Source: Thermoplasmata archaeon
GTDB lineage: Archaea; Thermoplasmatota; Thermoplasmata; Thermoplasmatales; ARK-15
Direction of reading: 5' to 3'
Assembly (NCBI GenBank): GCA_039794005.1
Contig: JBAMMA010000012.1
Span: 1 to 60,901, forward strand
Length of the DNA: 60,901 bases
Shown: one piece after another, positions 30,545 through 39,637 of the stretch
Layout: every line of letters starts with the position of its first letter
Numbering within the stretch: the first letter of the stretch is position 1
Made by a program: the position numbers and the translations under genes
The notes under the pieces: generated by a model
Database searches by the model: none
The model's input: only the letters and a program-made list of their open reading frames with translations
Told to the model about the DNA's origin: nothing

Positions 30545-31585
30545 TCACCTCACAATGTTTAAAATATCGTGAATGTTTTCAATATTTAGTTTATAAATTA
30601 TTTCTGGCTTCTCCCTCATAATTTTTGAATGAATCATATCTCTTAAAAAAATTAATTCATCCTTTCTTACTCTTGCAAGTGTATCCACGGTTATTAATGT
30701 GTATGGATATCCGGGTATGTACAAATTTTCAGAATAATTTAAAAATGTCCCCATGATTTTATCTATTCTATCTTTTTCATTAAAAATATCTATTCTGAAA
30801 GATCTTGGATTATGTTCTTTGAACTTTGCCATGTATACATTTGCATCATAATCTGAGGATTTAATATTTCCCAAACTTATGTAGCAGGGACAAAATCCAT
30901 CCTTGTCAACATAATTCATAATATCATCGAGTGATATCCCATTTTCATCCTTTAAAGAATGTGATTTTGAAAATCCTATCAATGAAATATTTTCTCTATA
31001 AACAAAATCGTTTATATCATTCAAAATGCTGTTTTCCATAATACCGGTAGATTGAAGTGACCCATCTAAAACAATTCCATCCAGATTCAAATTTTCTTCC
31101 ATCTTTCTTTTTGTTATGTATATAGAATATAATTTTTCTGCCTCCCTCATAAATATTGATGAATAGTAAGAGAATATCATGCTTTCAAAGAGAGGTTCCG
31201 TTAATTTTATTTTATGCTTTCCATTTAATTTATTTAGGTCAAATCCATTTTTATCATGAACAAAATTTATATTTATATAATCATCCTCAATATCCATAAT
31301 CAAGAATGAATTAAATTTTTGATTTTCCAATCTCTCATTTTCATAAATGACATATGCAATTCTTATAATATACATTGCGATGTTTTCTACTTTTAATATT
31401 TCACCAAGGCCACCATCTATATATATAAAATTAAGATTATCTTTATCTTTTATTTTTCTAAAATTTTCTAAAGATATTTCATTCTGATTAAAATCTTTAT
31501 GAATCTTTTTTATCTTTGTTGGAAGTTCAATCTTTTTAATGTTTATTTTTTCAATAAGAGAATTCATGGCATCATTTAGATCCAT
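30545..31585 (-). CDS. nurA: NurA nuclease
   Basis: IDGG, LDGSL, GFSK, GYPY.L...D..ARV, C-terminal HD; start set at ATG 31585. Confidence 0.88.
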   Translation of the reverse strand: MDLNDAMNSLIEKINIKKIELPTKIKKIHKDFNQNEISLENFRKIKDKDNLNFIYIDGGLGEILKVENIAMYIIRIAYVIYENERLENQKFNSFLIMDIEDDYININFVHDKNGFDLNKLNGKHKIKLTEPLFESMIFSYYSSIFMREAEKLYSIYITKRKMEENLNLDGIVLDGSLQSTGIMENSILNDINDFVYRENISLIGFSKSHSLKDENGISLDDIMNYVDKDGFCPCYISLGNIKSSDYDANVYMAKFKEHNPRSFRIDIFNEKDRIDKIMGTFLNYSENLYIPGYPYTLITVDTLARVRKDELIFLRDMIHSKIMREKPEIIYKLNIENIHDILNIVR

Positions 31586-31609
31586 ACAATTGTTAAAGAG
31601 AATGAAAAA

Positions 31610-31617
31610 TATAAAAA
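31610..31617 (-). promoter_or_regulatory. Putative TATA box for a leaderless nurA-herA-mre11-rad50 transcript
   Basis: TTTTTATA about 25 nt upstream of ATG 31585; no RBS. Confidence 0.4.
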
Positions 31618-31626
31618 TATTCTTGA

Positions 31627-34600
31627 TCATTTCAACTTATCCCTTTTCCTTTTATAGGAAAGAATTATTAAAGATACTCCAACAATAATAAAAATTATTA
31701 GATATATATTATAGAACGATTTGTTTGAAATATTTATATTTAAGGATAAATTTTTATTTATCATGGTTGAATTTGAAAATATCTTTTCCTTATTTATTAA
31801 AACGGTATAATTATATTTTCCTGCAGGAATGTGTATTATAAATGTACCATTATTAGAAAATCTTGAAATATTTATATAATTGCCTAAAACATCTCTGCCC
31901 TGAATTATTATTTCAGAATATGTATTATTTAACTGAGGTATATTTAAAATGAATGTGAAATTTTTTAATGAAACATTTATATAAAATATTTTACCCGTGC
32001 CGTTAATTGTTATTATATTTTCATAATTTTGAATTTCAATGTAATATGGTCCAGTTATGTTTAAAATATAAGTTCCGTTCGATAAGGAAACATTCAATGA
32101 TCTGTAAAGCGTGAACATTTCTTTATTTATAGATATATTTATTGGAACGTATATTCCATTTTCTATAAATTTTACTTTATAAGTTTCCAATATCCAATTT
32201 ATTACCAATGTATAGTTATTGTATAATTTAAGTGAATAGTTAAAATTATAAGTTTTATTAAAACTATAACCATATATTGTATAATTTCCTTCCACCAGAT
32301 ATATCTGATAATATGAATTATTTATGAAATAAAGGGTTGAATTTATAAGCAGATAATATGAAAAGTTATAGTTGTTAATCATATTTAAAATATAAATTCT
32401 TTTAAAATAAGCTGTTTCATTTATTGGTGATAATACCTTGATTGTTATATTTTCTAATGTTCCGGAATATGAAATGTTTCCCTCTCCAATCCAACAATAA
32501 AACCTGTATAATCTATTGGGGATAATGTTAATTTTCAATATCTCTGAATAATTATAAAATCCAGAATTTATTGTAAATCTTGCGGCATCATTAGGATTTG
32601 ATGATATATTTATAAAAAATTGCTTTATTAAATTGATGTAAACTGTATAATTTGAATGAATTTTTAAATATATAGAATTGTTTGTTACCAGAATTCTCTC
32701 ATATTTATTTATTTCTATGTATTTATTAATATTTAAAGAAATATTTCCATTCTTTAATTTAAACATACATGAATTATTCATGACATAAGAAATATTGTTT
32801 AATGTAAAATATGCCTTCAATGAATTAGTGTAATTTATGAAGATTATTTTCAAAAATATGAATTTTGAAAAATTAATGTAAACCGTTAAATTTTTACCAT
32901 TTACCTCAAAATATCCGGGATTGGAATAATAGTAATTTGAATATACAGAATAATTATAGGATCCATTAGGTAAGTAGATGATGAATTTCATACCGTTTAC
33001 AGAATAATTATTCCCTGAAATGTTTATATTCCATGTTATGTTATAATTTGAAATAAATGTCACTTTATATTTATTCTCATAAAATAAAACATATATTGTT
33101 ATGTTTTTATTTAAATATATATTTCCATTTGAAACATTTGAATTGTAACCATCAGGCTTCAATATTTCATATGAATAATTTCCACTTATCAAAAACAGTG
33201 TAATGTTATCTGATGTAGTGTTATAATAGTAGTTGTTAATCTTTATCCCCCACTCCAAATTTTTCTCCAATCCTGTCTCTTGAAATTTTAAATAATGTCT
33301 CAAATTGTATGTCTCATAATAATATAAATAATTCCATATGTTTGTCTGAGGCAATCCTCCTGTTTTATATAATGAGAATATTGATAATGCTTTAATGCCG
33401 CATTTCAAAGTATAATTTATTCTAAGTTGCAGATCCAAATATGAAAATGGCATGTTTGTATCATAATTTATTGCAGATAAAATAACCATTATCTGTTGCT
33501 TTTTAAGAAATTGTCCGGTAGAATTTAATGTGCTTTTCAATGCTTCCATGAAACTGTAATTCCCGGAATAATTGGATTCATATGCCATTAAAGCGTAATA
33601 ATCTGCATATAGTGGTAAAACGGGATGATAAATATACCAGAATAGCATGGAATTTGGAATTCCATTGTAAGCAGGTTCTATGGCTACTATCAACTTTTTA
33701 TCGTATTCATGCATTGCTATTGAAAAATTGTTTATAAATAATACAAATTTATAAGAATCGTTTATCGAGAAATCTGCATTTGAGGGATTTTCAAAATCTA
33801 TGGAAAATCCAGTATAATTGTATTTTATAGATAAATTAACGGCATAATTTATAAATTCATCTTGAAGAGTAACATTATTTAAAAGTAATTCGGTTCTTGT
33901 AATATTATAATCATTTACTATCATTGGAAATCTATCCATTTTTAAATATTTGGTAACATTTGTTACATTATCATCTCCAAGGTAATTTAAAGTTCCATTT
34001 TTGCTTATATTATAGGATTCGTATTGTAACCCATTTATTATTTTTGAATAGTTTTTTAGATCATTCCAATAATTGTTGTAATCCGGATATAAATATGGTA
34101 CAAAAATGTTTAAATTTCCATCGTAATAAAAATTTATATATATTGTTATATTTTTATTAACGTTTAAATATAAAGTTGAAGGATTTGCAATGTATCCTTT
34201 TGAATAAAAGGACAATTTATTATATCCCCTCATCAGGTAAATTGTTGCATTTCCGTAAAATGAAAAATTTAAATTATCAACACTCAAATTCCAAAGATAT
34301 TTTGGAGGCAGTCCCAGCGGAATTATGGTGATTTTAAAACTCATATTCATAAGATCCAAGGAAAAGTTATATGCATTAATTGAACCCCATCCAGAAGCGT
34401 AATCCCATCCGGGTCTTGCCCAATATAATTTTTGATTGTTATGATATCCATATGGCGTTTGAACAACATCCCAGAATGGAGCATATAATAAATATTTTGA
34501 CTCAGAGCCTATCCTGTAAATAAGAGGATCTATAAAGCCAAACTTCTGCTTTGTAAATGCCACCATATCAGCTATAATACCTGCTGTTACAGGTGAAGAT

Positions 34601-36165
34601 ACGGATGTTCCTGCTATCCATGAGGTCGAATTATTTATAACTATTATGGTATTATTTCCAATTGCAGATACATCAGCATAATTTCTTCCAGTAGTGGAAC
34701 CACCATTGTTTATCACCGCCTGTATATCCTGCCAACCGGGAATTGGATATATTTTACTTGTACCGCTGGTTGTACCATAGGCTACGCCACTCGATAAATA
34801 ACTTGAATTATCATACCAGACAATCTGATTGTTAATAGCATTTAATACAGGAATTCCTGAACCGTTCAAAACACCTGATGGTCCATTCATTATCAATGTT
34901 GTACCTCCCACCGCAAGAAATCCGGAATAGTTTGTTGCATAGTTAGCAGGCATCGATAGATTTTCAGCATCGGCCAAATCTCCTGCAGAGGCCAAAAATG
35001 TCGTACCTGTGGATTCAAGCATTAAAACATAGTTTGCAGATACGTTGTCAATAGGTGCTTCTGATCCATTGTTATTATATCCTCCCCAGGAATTTGAAAC
35101 TGCAATTAAATTTGATAAATTAGATAAAGCGGCATATTCTTCATCTGGAAAATTCGTCTCGGATGGGCCTGATGAATTTCCCGGTCCATAGACACAAACC
35201 GCATTCACACCCGGCGCCATTGTTGTTACCATTTCTAAATCAAGTGTATTTTCGTAATTGGTCGATGTTGTGTCATTTGATGCATTAGGACCTGGTTTAA
35301 CGGCACCGTCCACGGGATATCCAGAAACTTTCAACTTTGCCAATTTAATCTCCCAGGCGGGAACCGTCATATTGTAATATTTATAAATATCTGAAGGATT
35401 GAAAGGAGCAACCTGTTGTCCAGCGTTATCTATACCTTCCCAGAGGACTGTGGCAACAGTATAATTTATCGGAAAAACATGATTTTCTGACATATTTCCA
35501 TAATATGATTCATTGAATATGCTGTATACCTGATATGCCTTTTGTAAATCTCCTCCTCCCTCTTCTGAAACATTTGCACCATAAATTTTCATAATATTTG
35601 TTTTAAATACAATGTTGTCCGATAGCCCGGAAATACCATCTACATATATGGCCAAATTTTCCGGTAGTAAAGCGTTTGAAAGTGGCATAAATACATATTT
35701 CCTGAATCCATCCGTTTTAAATAATCCTATTTTTATGTGGAATGCCTCCTCTACCTTATAAACAGGGACATTGTTTGCAAATATGCCTATATTATATGGG
35801 CCAACGTAAGCATTTATGCCATAGGATTTTAAATAATTTAATATCAGGTCAACAGTTGAATTATAAGGTGAAAAATTCTTAAAGAAATATTCTTTGTTTA
35901 TAAATTTATGGAATATTGGACTTTCTGGATTTTCAACATTTTTCAAATAATCATACAATTCATTTAAATTCCTCAATTTCAATGAAATAGAAATATCGAT
36001 ATCTGTATTATATGGTAAATATTTTATAAATTCATAGTTTTTATAATTAGTTATTCCATATGTGAATATTTTTACTTCATTTGATGAATATACAAAATAT
36101 GAATTTATATTGATTACCAAAAGAAAAGATACCAGTGAAATTGCTATCAAAGATTTAATTTCCAT
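31627..36165 (-). CDS. Secreted, C-terminally anchored S53 (sedolisin) peptidase fused to a GH18-like domain and thermopsin-type beta repeats
   Basis: Signal peptide, pro-kumamolisin domain, ENTLD, ASAGD, GTSVSSP, GWDYASGWGS; then TGFSIDFE...LMAYE; FxETGL..W repeats; TM plus KRKR tail. Confidence 0.85.
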   Translation of the reverse strand: MEIKSLIAISLVSFLLVININSYFVYSSNEVKIFTYGITNYKNYEFIKYLPYNTDIDISISLKLRNLNELYDYLKNVENPESPIFHKFINKEYFFKNFSPYNSTVDLILNYLKSYGINAYVGPYNIGIFANNVPVYKVEEAFHIKIGLFKTDGFRKYVFMPLSNALLPENLAIYVDGISGLSDNIVFKTNIMKIYGANVSEEGGGDLQKAYQVYSIFNESYYGNMSENHVFPINYTVATVLWEGIDNAGQQVAPFNPSDIYKYYNMTVPAWEIKLAKLKVSGYPVDGAVKPGPNASNDTTSTNYENTLDLEMVTTMAPGVNAVCVYGPGNSSGPSETNFPDEEYAALSNLSNLIAVSNSWGGYNNNGSEAPIDNVSANYVLMLESTGTTFLASAGDLADAENLSMPANYATNYSGFLAVGGTTLIMNGPSGVLNGSGIPVLNAINNQIVWYDNSSYLSSGVAYGTTSGTSKIYPIPGWQDIQAVINNGGSTTGRNYADVSAIGNNTIIVINNSTSWIAGTSVSSPVTAGIIADMVAFTKQKFGFIDPLIYRIGSESKYLLYAPFWDVVQTPYGYHNNQKLYWARPGWDYASGWGSINAYNFSLDLMNMSFKITIIPLGLPPKYLWNLSVDNLNFSFYGNATIYLMRGYNKLSFYSKGYIANPSTLYLNVNKNITIYINFYYDGNLNIFVPYLYPDYNNYWNDLKNYSKIINGLQYESYNISKNGTLNYLGDDNVTNVTKYLKMDRFPMIVNDYNITRTELLLNNVTLQDEFINYAVNLSIKYNYTGFSIDFENPSNADFSINDSYKFVLFINNFSIAMHEYDKKLIVAIEPAYNGIPNSMLFWYIYHPVLPLYADYYALMAYESNYSGNYSFMEALKSTLNSTGQFLKKQQIMVILSAINYDTNMPFSYLDLQLRINYTLKCGIKALSIFSLYKTGGLPQTNIWNYLYYYETYNLRHYLKFQETGLEKNLEWGIKINNYYYNTTSDNITLFLISGNYSYEILKPDGYNSNVSNGNIYLNKNITIYVLFYENKYKVTFISNYNITWNINISGNNYSVNGMKFIIYLPNGSYNYSVYSNYYYSNPGYFEVNGKNLTVYINFSKFIFLKIIFINYTNSLKAYFTLNNISYVMNNSCMFKLKNGNISLNINKYIEINKYERILVTNNSIYLKIHSNYTVYINLIKQFFINISSNPNDAARFTINSGFYNYSEILKINIIPNRLYRFYCWIGEGNISYSGTLENITIKVLSPINETAYFKRIYILNMINNYNFSYYLLINSTLYFINNSYYQIYLVEGNYTIYGYSFNKTYNFNYSLKLYNNYTLVINWILETYKVKFIENGIYVPINISINKEMFTLYRSLNVSLSNGTYILNITGPYYIEIQNYENIITINGTGKIFYINVSLKNFTFILNIPQLNNTYSEIIIQGRDVLGNYINISRFSNNGTFIIHIPAGKYNYTVLINKEKIFSNSTMINKNLSLNINISNKSFYNIYLIIFIIVGVSLIILSYKRKRDKLK

Positions 36166-36196
36166 AAAAATTCTAAAATAAAATGGGAATAAAAAT

Positions 36197-38062
36197 TTAA
36201 TCTTCAATTTTATAGATTAATTTTATATAATCGCATCTGGTTAATTTCCTGTTTTTCAATTCATTTTCCAATTTTTCATTAAAAAATTCATTAATTTTCA
36301 TATTATTTATTTTAAATGTATTGCTTTTCCTGAAATCATAGTCAATATTATTTTTCAATGGATTATAAATTTCCGGTAACCCTCTTTCAGAAGGCATCGG
36401 GACAGAGAGTATCCATGTCTTTTCCAAATAATCATCTAAATTTTTATTGTTTTTATAATTCTCAAATGGTTCAATCAAATTGCAGAAAAGTTTCCATGAC
36501 ATGCTTTTCAATACAGCGAATACAACTCCGTTCTTATTAGATAGATGTTTAAATAATTTGGGTCTATTTTTTAAATCTCCATATTCTGCCTCAATAAATA
36601 TTGTGTTGTTACCTTTAACAGCTATAATGTCAGGAGCGTTCTCGAATGGCCTAGAAGTTTTAACATCATATCCCATTGATATAAAGAATGATGAAGTTCT
36701 CCTTATTAAATATGCATGATATATGGATTCTGCATAACTCTTTATGTAATTTTCTGAAAGATTTATACCATTTTTGTTTAAATGCAGAAATCCATCTTTA
36801 TTTAAAATCATGTTTTTAATGGACAGGTCCCTTAAAACTTTAATGCCATCACCTTTTGAAATATTCTCAAATTCTCTCAATGCCATATCTTCAGTGGCAT
36901 ATCCATAAATGTCTATAAGAGATATTATTATTGAGGCCATCAAAATATCATTCCTGTCATCGATACATTCTTCCATATATTCATTTTTTAATTCAACGTT
37001 ATCAGATATTATTACCGTATCCCCTTTGAACAATTCACCATTAAAAATCAGGAATTTGTATCTGGGAAGATTTGTTGTCATGGTCATGAATTTTTTGAAG
37101 TTGAATGGAACTTTTTCCGAAAATATTCTTGCATCAAAAGGTGAAATTCTAAATATTGATATATATCCCGAATTTGCCAATATTGAATCAACAAGATTTT
37201 TGTCCATCTGAGATAGATACTGTGTTGCCAATAATATTTCTATGCCATATTTTCTGGACTCGCTTAAAAGGTTTGGTATCAAATAAGGGGAAAAATCTTT
37301 AATCTCATCTATTACAATTAAAGAATCCTTTATGATTCCAAATTTCATCAGATTAAATAAAATTGCCAACGTTGAAGAGGCCATCATCCTGGATGAATTC
37401 TCCCCAAAATGCAATTTGTCAAAATCAAAGAAGAGATTCTCGTTTGAAAAAACAAATCTCATTGATGTTCTGGATGATATGAAATTTTTCAAAGTATTAT
37501 TGTTTATTACTGGATTTATTTTGTTAATAAAGCTTTGAATGTATTCTTGATATTGATATTTGCTCATGTTTTTGAAAAATATGTTATCCGTTCTTCTTTC
37601 AATTACCTTGTAGAATAAATCCTCAAGTGTAGGTTCCGGATTTTCATCATATATCTCATTACCAAAAATCGTAAATATATTATCCAGCCTAGGTCCCCAA
37701 GTTCCATTAGAATAATCTATGTCCCTAGAAAATATTATTTTAAGTGTATCTATCACAGTCTGAACCTTTTCCTTGTCATTTGAATCCATCGCAAACATCA
37801 CGTTCATTCTATAACATAATTCCTTATCACCTGAAATCAATTTTCTTGGATTGATATAGATTCCATGTGTGCCAGGATTTCTAGAAATATCCCCGTGAGG
37901 ATCAAGGACTATTATTCTTTTATTTTCCTTAACCTTTTTATTTATAACCATTTTAAGGAAGCTTGTTTTTCCATATCCCGTTTCTCCGATGACAAGGCCG
38001 TGACCGTTTATATCTTCAAAATTAAAATCATCTATAAATGAATATATTTTATCTATTTCCAT
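36197..38062 (-). CDS. VirD4/TrwB/HerA-like P-loop ATPase fused to a wHTH-like region and a PD-(D/E)xK-like nuclease
   Basis: GETGYGKT, LDPHGD, WGPRL, IVIDE, SESRKYG, ATQY; C-terminal ES..H...GYDV...PDIIA....FIEAE. Confidence 0.75.
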   Translation of the reverse strand: MEIDKIYSFIDDFNFEDINGHGLVIGETGYGKTSFLKMVINKKVKENKRIIVLDPHGDISRNPGTHGIYINPRKLISGDKELCYRMNVMFAMDSNDKEKVQTVIDTLKIIFSRDIDYSNGTWGPRLDNIFTIFGNEIYDENPEPTLEDLFYKVIERRTDNIFFKNMSKYQYQEYIQSFINKINPVINNNTLKNFISSRTSMRFVFSNENLFFDFDKLHFGENSSRMMASSTLAILFNLMKFGIIKDSLIVIDEIKDFSPYLIPNLLSESRKYGIEILLATQYLSQMDKNLVDSILANSGYISIFRISPFDARIFSEKVPFNFKKFMTMTTNLPRYKFLIFNGELFKGDTVIISDNVELKNEYMEECIDDRNDILMASIIISLIDIYGYATEDMALREFENISKGDGIKVLRDLSIKNMILNKDGFLHLNKNGINLSENYIKSYAESIYHAYLIRRTSSFFISMGYDVKTSRPFENAPDIIAVKGNNTIFIEAEYGDLKNRPKLFKHLSNKNGVVFAVLKSMSWKLFCNLIEPFENYKNNKNLDDYLEKTWILSVPMPSERGLPEIYNPLKNNIDYDFRKSNTFKINNMKINEFFNEKLENELKNRKLTRCDYIKLIYKIED

Positions 38063-38733
38063 GTAAATCGCCTCCTCTCATTATTTTTCAATGGAGGTAT
38101 CATGAAATATGATATTTCAAATGGATCCATTATCAATTCTTTTCCATTCTTGATTATCGATTGACCTGTAAATGGATCCTTTAATAGAACATCTATGTTA
38201 ATGTCTGAGATTATTTTTACATGGTATAAATCGGAATTCATTTTTCTCTCAATGCTTTTTCTGTAATTTCTGTCCTTTATTTTATCTGAGAATTTTTTTA
38301 CCATCAATTTTGAAAAAACAAATTTTCTCCTCGCGCTAATCATAAAAAATTTAGATTTTCTTTTCTCCATTAAATAATACAGATCTGAAAAAATGTCATG
38401 TTTTGGATAGAATGGTATGTAATAATTCCTTGAAAATCCATATGTTTCAAATTCAAACGATCTTTCAATCGAAACAAGGTCGTAAAATTTTCCAGGTACA
38501 ATGTTTTCATAGTAAAGGTATATGGGGCTTTCATTTGCAGATATCGCATATCTGTAATCATCACCTTCATAGTACAATATGGCGGAAAAGCTTTCAGAAG
38601 AACTTACCAGATAAATAATATTTTTATAAATTTTGAAAAAGTTTTCATTTATAAGGTCCAAATCTGGTTTAAAAATTTTGAAATAATTTTTCTCTGATAT
38701 ACCATCCTCTATCATAATGTATCGCACCTCCAA
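38053..38733 (-). CDS. Hypothetical protein, probable partner of the downstream ATPase
   Basis: 226-aa ORF overlapping the ATPase start; GAGGAGG RBS for the ATPase lies inside its 3' end. Confidence 0.7.
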   Translation of the reverse strand: MEVRYIMIEDGISEKNYFKIFKPDLDLINENFFKIYKNIIYLVSSSESFSAILYYEGDDYRYAISANESPIYLYYENIVPGKFYDLVSIERSFEFETYGFSRNYYIPFYPKHDIFSDLYYLMEKRKSKFFMISARRKFVFSKLMVKKFSDKIKDRNYRKSIERKMNSDLYHVKIISDINIDVLLKDPFTGQSIIKNGKELIMDPFEISYFMIPPLKNNERRRFTWK

Positions 38734-38749
38734 AAATTTGCTGGCCGGC

Positions 38750-39541
38750 TTATTTATTCATAAAAAATTCTTTATATTTTACAGGTTCTATACCATATAC
38801 TGTCCATATATCCTGTGGTCTGCAGAAATCAAGCTTCAGCATTTTCAATTGTTCATTGGAAATGGGGAGAAATGGCAAAAATGGATATAACAAGAAATGT
38901 GGTATTTCCATAGCCTTTTTCCCTCTGACCGTTTTATACATGTCCACGAGCTTGATCTTTTCTGGACCGGATACCTCAACTATACCGTTGTTCAATAACA
39001 TTTTTTCTACCAGATTCGATAGACTTTCTACGTATACCGGGCATAGATATCCAGATTTCGGTATGAATGGAGTATTCAATTTTTTTAACATCAATGTCAA
39101 ATAGTCATCCTCACCAAAAATTATGCTTGGCCTGAATATCAGGTAATTCCCCCTTTCCGTTATAATCTTTTCTGCTTCTCTCTTCGTTCTAAAGTATTCC
39201 GTTTGCCCAATGTCAGCATTCAATGCTGAAAAATATACAATTTTCTGTTTTTTGTTCATTTTAGATAATATGTTTTTTACCCCGTTTACATTAACATCAA
39301 CATGTCTCTGTTCTTTTTGATTTATTACTGCAACCAAGTCTATTATTATATCAAAGTTTGAGAGATCCGGTATAGTATCGCTGTACCTAATATCCCCTTT
39401 TATCCAGTGCACACCGATCTCCTTCAACCTACCATTTTCATTCCTCGAAATGTAAGCAACATCATACTCTTCAAGGAGTATTGGTATTAAGTGCCTTCCG
39501 ACGAAACCAGAACCGCCAAAAACTGCCACCTTCATTGGCAT
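38750..39541 (-). CDS. NAD-dependent epimerase/dehydratase (NDUFA9-like atypical SDR)
   Basis: GGSGFVG, SAL, YxxxK, RPSIIFG. Confidence 0.88.
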   Translation of the reverse strand: MPMKVAVFGGSGFVGRHLIPILLEEYDVAYISRNENGRLKEIGVHWIKGDIRYSDTIPDLSNFDIIIDLVAVINQKEQRHVDVNVNGVKNILSKMNKKQKIVYFSALNADIGQTEYFRTKREAEKIITERGNYLIFRPSIIFGEDDYLTLMLKKLNTPFIPKSGYLCPVYVESLSNLVEKMLLNNGIVEVSGPEKIKLVDMYKTVRGKKAMEIPHFLLYPFLPFLPISNEQLKMLKLDFCRPQDIWTVYGIEPVKYKEFFMNK

Positions 39542-39637
39542 TCCTTAAACCCTGCCAGCAATTTTATAATCAATTGGAAATATATAAAGATATCGAATTT
39601 TGGAAAATGTTTTATAAATTTAAACAATTGTCGAAAT

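Noticed and set aside
36197-38733. Integrated conjugative element or provirus
   Set aside because: No integrase, relaxase, VirB4/VirB6, capsid gene, tRNA target or flanking direct repeats seen
39491-39637. N-terminal extension of TruD; similar extensions on mre11, nurA and the S53 gene
   Set aside because: They overlap neighbouring genes or promoters; downstream starts fit the family N termini better
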